This document shows positions 1 to 13,290 of a DNA stretch of 64,000 nt, one piece after another. This DNA is from Anthoceros angustus (lineage: Eukaryota > Plantae > Anthocerotophyta). The stretch covers positions 310,001 through 374,000 of the forward strand of contig MU008206.1 of assembly GCA_010909165.1 (NCBI GenBank), given 5' to 3'. Within the stretch, counting starts at the first letter, position 1. Every line of letters begins with the position of its first letter. The translations under genes and the position numbers were made by a program. The notes beneath the pieces were generated by a model that was given only the letters and a program-made list of their open reading frames with translations, had not been told where the DNA came from and ran no database searches.

Positions 1-195
1 AAGTTCACATGACATGTTCACGCTCGAGCCCAGATTTTCCTGGTTCAAGTTCGTATTGTACGACATGTTCACGTTCCAAATTTGACTTAACTTCAAACTA
101 TATAAATATTGGATAACCGAAACTCGCCGTATATGCAGCACATAGTGCACATTTGCATATGTCACAAAATGTGCTATACCTAACCGTGCCTACAC

Positions 196-1112
196 CCAGG
201 AGAGCTGAGGTTCTGTCTAGAAATTCAGCTTATTCGGGATAGATCTGAAGAACTGCTAGTTATACAACAATATCAATACATCCACGACCTTCTGCTAAAG
301 TTTAAACTCGACAAGGCTCGCCCTGCAACTACACCCTCCACAATAGGAGTTAAATTGACGAGCCTATTGAGTCCACAAACTGAGGAAGAGAAAAAGGAAA
401 TGGAAACTGTACCTTACAGGCATGCTGTTGGAAGCCTCCTGTTTATCGCCAATTGGACACGTCAAGATATCCAGTATTCAGTTAGCACACTTTCTTAGTT
501 TCTTGAAAACCCTGGACGTGCCCATTGGGTGGCAACTAAAAGAGTCTTCAGATACCTAAAAGGCACAGCTCATCTTAGACTGTTCTACACGAGTTCAAGA
601 CAACGAAAGCTTATGTTAGAAGGGTATACTTATGCAGATTGGGCATCAGACGGTGACTTTAGGCGAAGCATTTCCATTATTGCTTCATTTTGGCATCTGC
701 GGTTGTAAACTAGAGCTGTAAAAAGCAGATGTCAATAGCCTTATCTTCCACAGAGGTTGAATACAAAAGTCTTACTAATGCATCCAAGGAGGCGGAATGA
801 GAACTCACTTTTTTGTCTGATCTCGGGCAGCCTCAACTGGAATCTACTCCGCTGCTCTGGGACAACATGTCAGCGTTAGCACTTGTATCAAATCCGCGTT
901 TCCATGCCAGGACAAAACACATTAAAATACAGCATCATTACATATGAGACATAGTGGAGCGGAAAGTTGTCAAGATGAAATATGTTGGAACAGATGAGAA
1001 CACAGCCGATATTCTAACTAAGGCCTTGCCAAAGCATCGCCACTATTTGCACATGGAAGGAGTAGGACTGGGGGATTTCTCACCATATGCCATAGACAAC
1101 AAACAGGCTTAG
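196..1112 (+). pseudogene. Ty1/copia pol C-terminus (end of RT plus RNase H), degenerate
   Basis: Translates to VPYRHAVGSLLFIANWTRQDI, AHWVATKRVFRYLKGT, YADWASD, IALSSTEVEY, FHARTKHIKIQHHYI, DILTKAL. These are canonical copia RT/RNase H motifs, interrupted by stops and a frameshift. Confidence 0.93.
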
Positions 1113-1143
1113 GACTTATCTGGGGGGGCGGGGGGCAGGGGAG

Positions 1144-2087
1144 TGAAAGCGATTGCTTTCAATTATTGATGTGATAGGCCATGCCCCTCCTCTGGACAGT
1201 AACCTGCAAGTTTTGAAATAGGCCTGGAAGTCTGAAAGTAACAAGGACAGATACCATCAAGCAGATGAAGCTCAACGCTTACTTAATCGTTTGATGCTTA
1301 TGTGTCTCCTCTTAGTCTCGGTTTCTCCAAGAGTGGACTGACCCGGAGGTTTGAGGAGAGTAGTTTCAGTTCCCACTTCCCTCTCAACCTCTAGCTCCAG
1401 ATTTGCGTCTGAATCCTCCATCCTATCATGAGGGCTGCTCCAGCAAAGGTTGATGTTTAGACCAATTCTATAGCCCCTCAGGCACACATAGGCGCCCATG
1501 CGGTGTCGCTCCTCCCAATCTTCCGGACGAGGAGAGCACTTCCTAATTCTAGGCCTGGATTGCCTCACCGTCTGCTTTACAGAGCTGGATTGTCTGGGCA
1601 CGTCACCCACAGCCCCATATGAGAGTCCGCTTCTTGTCTTCATCGCGAGAATCGACAAATTCAGAATGATGAAGAACCCGAGCTGAGCGTAGGCCACATA
1701 TGCAGGGAGGAGCTCCATGGCATGTACGGAGATGGCGGCAGTTGGGCGTGATCGAGGCGAAGAGTGGGCGTAAAGGCTTACGTTGTGGCGGAGTTCATGA
1801 GGGCGGTACCATCAACGCTTTGACCACGTAATCATAACCAAGTGATTGCAGTTAAGAGGGAGTGTTACGAATAATGATGGTTATTCGATATGTATAGTCT
1901 ACATGCAATTAAGTTATAGTGATAGTATGGAAAGGCATAACAAAACGTTGTGGTTTAGTAGTATATAAACAATTTTTGTAATGGTCATATTTTACTTTAT
2001 CAAGAGTGTCTTTCCTCGTGTGTATAACACTTTTGGTTGCCTTTCCTCTCTCCAAAATTATCAGACTCTCTCGACAGCAATCCTTCA
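1144..2087 (+). mobile_element. 3' LTR of copia element (copy 1), preceded by polypurine tract 1122-1143
   Basis: A G-rich PPT directly precedes TGAAAG and the sequence ends ...CCTTCA (TGAA/TTCA inverted termini). TATA-like TATATAAA at ~1962. Near-identical to 2411-3358. Confidence 0.85.
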
Positions 2088-2102
2088 CAAGGCGGCGGCA
2101 TG

Positions 2103-3358
2103 TGAACTCACTTTTTGTCTCGATCTCAATCGAATCTACTCACGCTCGGACAACATGTCGGTTTAGCACTTGTATCAAATCCAAGCGTTTCCATGCCGGG
2201 ACAAAACACATTAAAATACAGATCATTACATATGAGACATAGTGGAGAAAGTTGTCAAGATGAAATATGTTGGAACAGATGAGAACACATGATATTCTAA
2301 CTAAGGCCTTGCCAAAGCATCGCCACTATTTGCACATGGAAGGAGTAGGATCGGGGATTTCTCACCATATGCCATGTATAACAACAGCTTAGGACTTATC
2401 CGGGGGGGAGTGAAAGCGATTGCTTTCAATTATTGATGTGATAGGCCATGCCCCTCCTCTGGACAGTAACCTGCAAGTTTTGAAATAGGCCTGGAAGTCT
2501 GAAAGTAACAAGGACAGATACCATCAAGCAGATGAAGCTCAACGCTTACTTAATCGTTTGATGCTTATGTGTCTCCTCTTAGTCTCCTCAGTTTCTCCAA
2601 GAGCTGAACTGTTTCAGCCAGAGGTTTGAGGAGAGTAGTTTCAGTTCCCACTTCCCTCTCAACCTCTAGCTCCAGATTTGCGTCTGAATCCTCCATCCTA
2701 TCATGAGGGCTGCTCCAGCAAAGGTTGATGTTTAGACCAATTCTATAGCCCCTCAGGCACACATAGGCGCCCATGCGGTGTCGCTCCTCCCAATCTTCCT
2801 GGACGAGAGCACTTCCTAATTCTAGGCTGGATTGCCTCACCGCTGACAGCCGGATTGTCCGGCACGCCACCCAGCCCCCATATGAGAGTCCGCTTCTTGT
2901 CTTCATCGCGAGAATCGACAAATTCAGAATGATGAAGAACCCGAGCTGAGCGTAGGCCACATATGCAGGGAGGAGCTCCATGGCATGTACGGAGATGGCG
3001 GCAGTTGGGCGTGATCGAGAGCAGAGAGTGGAGCGTAAAGGCTTACGTTGTGAGCGGAGTTCATGAGGGCGAAGTACCATCACTGCCTTGACCACGTAAT
3101 CATAACCAAGTGATTGCAGATTAAGAGGGAGTGTTACGGAATAATGATGGTTATTCTGATATGTATAGTCTACATGCAATTAAGTTATAGTGATAGTATG
3201 GAAAGGCATAACAAAACGTTGTGGTTTAGTAGTATATAAACAATTTTTGTAATGGTCATATTTTACTTTATCAAGAGTGTCTTTCCTCGTGTGTATAACA
3301 CTTTTGGTTGCCTTTCCTCTCTCCAAAATTATCAGACTCTCTCGACAGCAATCCTTCA
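2103..3358 (+). repeat. Tandem duplicate of ~801-2087 (RNase H tail, PPT and LTR copy 2 at 2411-3358)
   Basis: Colinear sequence match to 801-2087, differing mostly by small indels. Confidence 0.92.
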
Positions 3359-4241
3359 CAAGGCGGCGACGGCATGTGATGCTTCTTCCTCTTCCTCCAT
3401 GGTTTGCAGCCCTTTTGTTTTTCCATATGATGTTTTGGGAGCATAGGTAGCTTTAGGTAGGGAGCTTAGTCGCTCCTTTTCATCTTGACCCTTGGGGTCG
3501 TCCTTGGTTGTTCCCTACTGTATGGGCTTCTTCCTGTCATTTTTCCCTTCAAAAATAAAATTTAATCTTTTCCTTCCCCACATGGGTTTCGGGTTTTGGT
3601 CATTTTGTCTATTGTTATGTGCTTCTAAGTTCTCCAATTCCATTAATTTCTAATTTGAAACACCGGGTGAAATATTGAATGACTGAAGCTAAAGATTTGC
3701 TGGCTAGACGCGGAGCCCGCCATCTTTATGGCATGGTGAGCCATACTCCTCAGCTCTCTCCTTTCACTCCCTTCGTGTATATCACTCGACAACCGGCATG
3801 TTCTACTAGTTTAAATCAAATCCACAGGTTCGGTGTCTTTAAGCTATGGCCACATGATGTCTTCAAGCTAGGGACCTGATCTAGGCTTCGTTATGGGGAG
3901 GGTATGGTTAGGGATTGCAAGACTAAAAATATTGGAAGTTGCCTTGCCTACAGAAGCAGTGCCTTGCCTACAGAAGTAGCACCTTACCTCGTAGTAGAGT
4001 TTCTCCACGAAATGGTTGGGAATGTGGACTGTCCATTTACTATTCAGCTTCTAGTGCTAAGGTTTTTTTTTTACGCCGATATCCTCCACTTCTAGAGTAG
4101 ACAAGGAAATGAGAATCGCTTTCATTCTTTTGGGCCTTGAGATTAATTTCACTAGTGGGTTGAGAAAGCAATTCCAAGCCTCTCCATTGTATTCCAATCT
4201 AGACTCCAAGTTTCTTGGAATCCATAGACATACACGGCTCC

Positions 4242-4441
4242 AAGGTTCCTAAGTATGTCTTAAAAATTTAGTGAAACATTTCATGATAAGTAGATAAGTC
4301 CTTTCAAACCCACGTAACATCATGCACCTTCTTGACTTCATCTAAGGTTCCTAAGTATGTCTTAAAAATTTAATGTTATATTTTATGATAATAGATAAGT
4401 CCTTTCAAATCCACGTAACATCCCACATCTTCTTGACTTCC
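4242..4441. repeat. Tandem repeat, 2 x ~102 bp
   Basis: AAGGTTCCTAAGTATGTCTTAAAAATTTA...TAGATAAGTCCTTTCAAA.CCACGTAACATC...CTTCTTGACTTC occurs at 4242 and 4344. Confidence 0.9.
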
Positions 4442-4486
4442 TCTATAAGAAGCTGCATGTAGTTGGCTGAATTCCAGGAACAATAA

Positions 4487-5163
4487 CACAAGTAGTATCC
4501 CTAGTGACCATATATTTACAATTTGGTAGAAGCAATTACTTATTAGGCATGTTTGAATATGAGAGGCTAAAATATTCTATCCAGAAAAGATCTTAGTAGT
4601 ATCTTAGTGACCACACAAGTAGTATCCCTAGTGACCACATATTTACAATTTGGTAGAAGCAATTACTTATTAGGCATATTTGAATATGAGAGGCTAAAAT
4701 GTTCTATCCAGAAAAGATCTTAGTAGTATCTTAGTGACCACATACATACCTAGTTTGAAATTTGATAGAACCGAATGCTTACTAGAGGTGTTAGAACATG
4801 TCATTTTTTATCCACCCTAAATAAGTAAAAAAAGAACTCCAGAGAATGAGAACTTGTACCCTTCATTAGGTACCATAGTAGTTTTGTGGATGGATCCGTA
4901 CTGATGAATATCCTTCCTATAGAAATTTTTTGTAACTTATATCAATTAAATAGTATTCCTAGTGACCATATACATATATAATTTATAATTTAATAAAAAT
5001 CACTACCTACCTAGTACGGTGTTCGAATATGGGAGGCTAAAATTTGCTATGCAAAAAAGATCTAGGTGGTACTAATCCTAGGGGACCATACCAAGTTTAC
5101 AATGTGGTAAGCGATTACTAGCTATTCAGGGTGTTCGAATATGGGAGGTTAAAATGTACTATC
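4487..5163. repeat. Tandem repeat of ~127-bp unit: 2 near-identical copies (4487, 4614) plus degenerate copies to ~5163
   Basis: CACAAGTAGTATCCCTAGTGACCA...TTTACAATTTGGTAGAAGCAATTACTTATTAGGCAT...GAATATGAGAGGCTAAAAT...AAAAGATCT is repeated. Degenerate versions (GTGTTCGAATATGGGAGG) occur at ~5019 and ~5131. Confidence 0.85.
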
Positions 5164-5460
5164 CAAACAACGACGACGGCAGGATTGCTCAGGCCTTTCG
5201 TCTTGGCAGCTTACACAGCAGCAGTTGTATTGAAGTCTGTCATTACGAGGTGTCACCTCTCAAGGCAGTTCGGATCCTGTGGACGACTGGTTGATGCGAT
5301 CCTGTGGACGACTAGTTGATGCGTAGGCGGAGGTGTTGAGATTGCTATTTGGGTGGTTAAGCTCTCGTGGGCTGGGATTCTTTTTACGTGGCTATTTGGG
5401 GCGTTGGAAAGGTGTCAAGCGGGTGCTGTGGTCGTAGAGGTTGGATCCACGCGGAGCACT

Positions 5461-8022
<2,562 letters not shown>

Positions 8023-8148
8023 ACTTATTCCGGTGCCTGGGCGGCGGTGATCATAAATTTCCGCAACTGCATCTTTCGAAACTAAGTTTCACTCACCTTG
8101 GTTGAACTTCGGGCACTGTGTGTTCTCCGCATGGGGCTTCACAGTGAC

Positions 8149-11100
8149 TCAACCCAATTCTTTGAGCAACTCATATATTTTGGCTTGTTGTTCATGCCTT
8201 TTATCTCCCACCAAAAATGTGTGCACTTGCTGCTCATGCTCGATCCAGCTTTGTCCAGGCTTCTTCCATGCACCTGCTCGCTGTCTCAGCGTATCGATCT
8301 CCTGTGCGGAGTCCCAAAAGCCCGCATGGGCATAGATATTTGCCATGACTACATATGCAGCACCTTCTCTTGGTTGTATGCTTATTGCACCATCAAACGC
8401 ACGCCTCCCAAGTTCCAAATTGCCATGCTTTCGACAAGCGTCCAGCAAACATAACCATACCGCCAGATCAGGAGCCATTGGCATCTGGCACAGCAAATCC
8501 GCAGCTTTACTTAAGAGCCCTGCACGGCCAACCAGATCAATGACACAAGCATAGTGCTCGAGCTCCGGCAGGACCCCATGTTCTCTGTTCATGCTTTCAA
8601 AGTACTCCAGTCCTTTCTCCACCATGCCAGCATGAGAGCATGCCGACAGGAGTGCCAGGAACGACAGCCTATTTGGCTTTATACCTGCCAGACACATATT
8701 CTCATAGCACTGCATACTCATCTCACACCCTCCTACTCGGGCATAGCCAGCAATGAGTGCCGTCCATGCCACCACATCAGGTTGAGGTAGGGATTCAAAT
8801 ACAAGTTGAGCATCCACCATGCTCCCACATTTACTGTAGGTGTGAATTAGACATGCTGCCACAGTCGAATTAGAGCTGTATCCACCCTTCAGAATCTTAT
8901 GGTGGGTCTGAATACAGATGTCTAATGCTCCTGTGTTGCTGCACGCCTCCAGGACGGCAAGAAAAGTCCCTTCATGTGGCTTTAGACCTTCTGCTTCCAT
9001 CTTGGCATATAGTTGCAAAGCTTTGCCCCCTTGGTCCTGCTGGGCATATGCTGAAATCATGGCAGTCCATGATACCACATTGCGGTTGGACAATCTGTTG
9101 AATACTTGCTCGGCAGCTTTGATGCTTCCACACTTTGCATACATACTCACCAACGTGTTACCCACAAAGATGTCTGATTCAAGACCCATGCTTACAGCTT
9201 CAACATGCAGTCCCTGTCCCTTTTGCAAAGACTCCACCTTCACATCTTGCCCATCGAGAAGTGCACTATTCTCCATCTCTGCCATCGAGCCACATGCTTG
9301 GAGAACACCAACAAAAGTCCTTGCATCTGGCTTGACGCCTTCATCACACATTTGTTGATAAAGTTGCAACGCAAGTTCTCCTTGAGCCCGCTGGGCATAT
9401 GCTGCAATCATAGCAGTCCAAGAAACAACATCCCTTCGTGACAAACTTTGAAAGACGTGCTGTGCATCTGCAATGCTCCCACACTTCGCGTACATACTGA
9501 CCAAACTGTTTGCAACAAAAATGTCTGAATCACAGCCCAAGCTCTTGGCTTCAGCGTGTAGCTCTTCCCCGATCCTTAGAGACTCTACCTTCACACTTTC
9601 CCCCATCAAAAGAACAGTCTCCTCCTTTTCTGCCAGGATACCGCATGCTTGCAGAGCACTGACCAACGTCCAGGCATCTGGCCTCATTCCTTCTTGTTGC
9701 ATTTGCCTAAAAATCTGTAGTGCCTGTTCTCCCTGGTCCTGCTGAGCATATGCTCCAATCATTGCAGTCCATGACACAACATCACGCAGAGGCAATGTAT
9801 CAAATACCTTCTGTGCAATCATTGTGCTCCCACACTTTGCATACATACTCACCAACGTGTTACCCACAAAGATGTCTGATTCAAGACCCATGCTTACAGC
9901 TTCAACATGCAGTCCCTGTCCCTTTTGCAAAGACTCCACCTTCACATCTTGCCCATCGAGAAGTGCACTATTCTCCATCTCTGCCATCGAGCCACATGCT
10001 TGGAGAACACCAACAAAAGTCCTTGCATCTGGCTTGACGCCTTCATCACACATTTGTTGATAAAGTTGCAACGCAAGTTCTCCTTGAGCCCGCTGGGCAT
10101 ATGCTGCAATCATAGCAGTCCAAGAAACAACATCCCTTCGTGACAAACTTTGAAAGACGTGCTGTGCATCTGCAATGCTCCCACACTTCGCGTACATACT
10201 GACCAAACTGTTTGCAACAAAAATGTCTGAATCACAGCCCAAGCTCTTGGCTTCAGCGTGTAGCTCTTCCCCGATCCTTAGAGACTCTACCTTCACACTT
10301 TCCCCCATCAAAAGAACAGTCTCCTCCTTTTCTGCCAGGATACCGCATGCTTGCAGAGCACTGACCAACGTCCAGGCATCTGGCCTCATTCCTTCTTGTT
10401 GCATTTGCCTAAAAATCTGTAGTGCCTGTTCTCCCTGGTCCTGCTGAGCATATGCTCCAATCATTGCAGTCCATGACACAACATCACGCAGAGGCAATGT
10501 ATCAAATACCTTCTGTGCAATCATTGTGCTCCCACACTTTGCGTACATACTAACTAACGTGCTACCAATGAACATGTCTGATCCAAGGCCCAAGTTAACA
10601 GCGTCAGCATGAATTTGAATCCCTTTATGCAGTGCCTGCAACTTGACGTTCCTCCCGTCTACAAGTTCACCCTCCTCTTCTTCTGCGAGCGTTCCACATG
10701 CTTGGAGAAGACTGACAAATGTCCGTGCGTTTGGGCTGATGCCCTCATGTCGCATACGTTCAAGAATGCCCAAAGCCTTTTCTCCTCGGTCCTGCTGGGC
10801 ATATGCTGCAATCAGCGCATTCCACAAAACAACACTTTTTTGGGGCATTCTATCAAATGCCCATTGGGCATCCCGGGTGGTCCCACACTTTCCATATACA
10901 GAAACTAGAGTGGTACCAAGGAAGAAATCTGAATCAAAGCCCCTACCAGCAGCTTCAGCATCTAAGATCTTGACTCTTTGCAACAATTCTACTTTGACAA
11001 CCTGCCCAGCTACATATTCACCTTCCTCCTTGTCTGCAAGGGTTCCACATGCTTGGACAGCACTGACAAAGGCTCGGGCATCTAGTGTGACAAGAGCCTC

Positions 11101-12540
11101 TTGCATTTGCTGAAAACTCTGCAAAGCCTTCTCTCCCTCACCCTGATGAGCATATGCTGCAACTAATGCACTCCATGACACTACATTTTGATGAGGCAAT
11201 CTATCAAACACCTCCTGCGCATCCATGACACTCCCACACTTAGCGTATGTGCTAACCAGGGCACTACCAACAAACACGTCAAATTCAAAGCCCCTTTCAG
11301 TAGCTGCAGCATGTAGCTCCCTGCTATACCTGAGGGAATGGACCTTCAGATTTAGCCCATCTACAAGTGTACTTTTCTCCTTCTCTGCTATCATTCCGCA
11401 TGCTTGAAGGGCCGTAGCAAAGGTTCGTGCATCTGGTCTCACACCTTCCTCCTGCATCTGCCAAAATACCTGCAAAGCTGTGTCACCCTGGTCCTGCTGG
11501 GCATACGCTGCAATCATACCCGTCCATGACACGACATTCGGCTCCACCAATTTGTTGAACACATTCTGCGCATACGTGAGGCTCCCACACTTTGAGTACA
11601 TACTGACCAAGGCATTACCAACAAAGACATCCAACTCAAAACCATTGGCCCTGACATCACCATGTATTTCCTTTCCCTTCTGAAAGGCAAGCGCTTTCAA
11701 TCTCTGCCCACCCAGAAGTGCACTTTCTTCTTTCTGTGCCAGGATTCCACATGCTTGCAGTGTGCTGACGAAGGTCCGGGCATCAGGCCTGATCCCCTCT
11801 ATCTTCATCTGCCGGTACAGTTGCAGGGCCTGTTCTCCTTGGTTCCGCTGCGCATATGCTGCAAGCATCGCATTCCAGGATACTACATCACGTCGACACA
11901 ATCTATCAAAAACATGTTGGGCATCCAGAACGCTCCCACATTTTGCATACATGCTAACCAAGGTATTACCGACAAACATATTTGACTCGAATCCATACCT
12001 CAAAGCATCAGCATGCATCCGCTTGGCCTCTTCCAGGTCCTCTAACCTGCTGCATGCTTTCAACAAGCTAACCAACGTATACTTATTCGGCTGCACATGT
12101 TCCTGTTTCATCTGTTCATAACACGAGAGAGCCTCCCGACACTGTCCTGCATTCGTGTAGCCCGAAATGATAGCCGTCCAAGACACCGCAGTTCGGTGGC
12201 GCAATCTCTGAAACAACTGCAACCCATCTCCGAAGCCCCCACAATTCACCAGCGTGGTGACCATGAGTTCCCCCAAAAGTCCGTTCAGAACCAGCCCGTG
12301 CTTTGCCAAATGCATGTGAACCAGTTTGGCATCAGCCAGGGCCTTCTTCTTCGAGCAGGCCAGCAACAGATGCTTGTACGTATCCTCCGTTGCTACACTC
12401 CCCTGCTGCTCCATACTCCATAGCACCTTGTCTACACGTCCCTCCTTGCAAAACCCCTCAACATCCAGCATATCTAAGGAGTTCACCCGTGAAGGCATTT
12501 CACGAGCATATTTCATGCCTGGCGCCACCATGGCAACCAT
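8149..12540 (-). CDS. PLS-class pentatricopeptide repeat RNA-editing factor with long-L (LL) motifs and E1-E2-E+ end (no DYW deaminase); possible upstream transit-peptide exon 12830-12632
   Basis: 1463-aa ORF of P-L-S triplets (VVSWTAMIAAYAQ / ARTFVSxLQACG / FVGNTLVSMYAKCGS), then HYACVIDLVGRAG (S2), VWLCLLDACRKHG (E1), YVVMANIYA (E2) and the PG box KKPGQSWIE, followed by a stop. Confidence 0.96.
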   Translation of the reverse strand: MVAMVAPGMKYAREMPSRVNSLDMLDVEGFCKEGRVDKVLWSMEQQGSVATEDTYKHLLLACSKKKALADAKLVHMHLAKHGLVLNGLLGELMVTTLVNCGGFGDGLQLFQRLRHRTAVSWTAIISGYTNAGQCREALSCYEQMKQEHVQPNKYTLVSLLKACSRLEDLEEAKRMHADALRYGFESNMFVGNTLVSMYAKCGSVLDAQHVFDRLCRRDVVSWNAMLAAYAQRNQGEQALQLYRQMKIEGIRPDARTFVSTLQACGILAQKEESALLGGQRLKALAFQKGKEIHGDVRANGFELDVFVGNALVSMYSKCGSLTYAQNVFNKLVEPNVVSWTGMIAAYAQQDQGDTALQVFWQMQEEGVRPDARTFATALQACGMIAEKEKSTLVDGLNLKVHSLRYSRELHAAATERGFEFDVFVGSALVSTYAKCGSVMDAQEVFDRLPHQNVVSWSALVAAYAHQGEGEKALQSFQQMQEALVTLDARAFVSAVQACGTLADKEEGEYVAGQVVKVELLQRVKILDAEAAGRGFDSDFFLGTTLVSVYGKCGTTRDAQWAFDRMPQKSVVLWNALIAAYAQQDRGEKALGILERMRHEGISPNARTFVSLLQACGTLAEEEEGELVDGRNVKLQALHKGIQIHADAVNLGLGSDMFIGSTLVSMYAKCGSTMIAQKVFDTLPLRDVVSWTAMIGAYAQQDQGEQALQIFRQMQQEGMRPDAWTLVSALQACGILAEKEETVLLMGESVKVESLRIGEELHAEAKSLGCDSDIFVANSLVSMYAKCGSIADAQHVFQSLSRRDVVSWTAMIAAYAQRAQGELALQLYQQMCDEGVKPDARTFVGVLQACGSMAEMENSALLDGQDVKVESLQKGQGLHVEAVSMGLESDIFVGNTLVSMYAKCGSTMIAQKVFDTLPLRDVVSWTAMIGAYAQQDQGEQALQIFRQMQQEGMRPDAWTLVSALQACGILAEKEETVLLMGESVKVESLRIGEELHAEAKSLGCDSDIFVANSLVSMYAKCGSIADAQHVFQSLSRRDVVSWTAMIAAYAQRAQGELALQLYQQMCDEGVKPDARTFVGVLQACGSMAEMENSALLDGQDVKVESLQKGQGLHVEAVSMGLESDIFVGNTLVSMYAKCGSIKAAEQVFNRLSNRNVVSWTAMISAYAQQDQGGKALQLYAKMEAEGLKPHEGTFLAVLEACSNTGALDICIQTHHKILKGGYSSNSTVAACLIHTYSKCGSMVDAQLVFESLPQPDVVAWTALIAGYARVGGCEMSMQCYENMCLAGIKPNRLSFLALLSACSHAGMVEKGLEYFESMNREHGVLPELEHYACVIDLVGRAGLLSKAADLLCQMPMAPDLAVWLCLLDACRKHGNLELGRRAFDGAISIQPREGAAYVVMANIYAHAGFWDSAQEIDTLRQRAGAWKKPGQSWIEHEQQVHTFLVGDKRHEQQAKIYELLKELG
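9128..10542. repeat. Exact in-frame tandem duplication with 702-bp period inside the PPR gene (two P-LL-S triplets, 234 aa)
   Basis: 9128-9840 matches 9830-10542 with no mismatch seen. The ORF track shows identical antisense ORFs offset by 702 (9205/9907, 9473/10175). Confidence 0.95.
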
Positions 12541-13290
12541 CGATCAAGCCTACCCCGTGCACGTCATTGGGTGGAAGTCGCCATTCGGAGTGGTGCTGTC
12601 CGTCTTCAGAGCGCAGGATGTACACGCATACTAGCTCTTCGCAAGGATTTCTGCTTCATCTGACTGCATTCCAGACATTTGGTGGGGTGATGCGCTAGCG
12701 CAGGGCGAGCTCTGGAATCCCAATAAGCGATTACGCCGCTCCCGCCGGAATTAGAGGGAATAAGTAATGAACAGCCTGGCCCAGAGGTGCTCCTCCAGCA
12801 GAAGGCTGCTCCCCTGGACATCGTAGCCATGGAGTCCAAGCTTCCGTTGGACGTAGCCGCATCAGCAACCGCTGATGGCCGGCGACGTACCCGATTTACG
12901 ATTTACGGCAGGTAAAGTCCTTGTTTGGTCGTCTGTTCCATGTCCGATCCATGGTTTATGACTTCATGTGTGATTCTGTGATTCTCCAACGTGACTTGGC
13001 TTTCTACAGCACATGAAATGCGAGTTCTGCTGGCCGTGACTGCCGTATCGAAGCATCCAATTGGAGGCAAGATACAAAATACCGCCGCCGTTGTGACAGT
13101 ACACTTCAATGGAGTTACGAGCTTGCAACCCTCCATTATTTAGAAGACACAATGTGGTCACCCTCCTGATCTCTGAGCTGTGTGCTGGTGATGGCATTTC
13201 TCGATTCTTAGGACAAAAGCCCAGGGAGCGGCTCTGGTCCCAGCTGGCAGGAATCTCGAGACTCGGATATGCCTGAAAGGTTACTGTTCC

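Noticed and set aside
1144-3358. Two LTRs flanking ~320 bp, resembling a TRIM or mini-retroelement
   Set aside because: There is no PBS after the first LTR, and the spacer is flank plus RNase H tail, so it is a tandem duplication.
8040-8148. Possible DYW deaminase continuation after the PPR stop
   Set aside because: Read-through gives VTVKPHAENTQCPKFNQGE* with no CxxC or DYW motif, and there is no room before LCB2.
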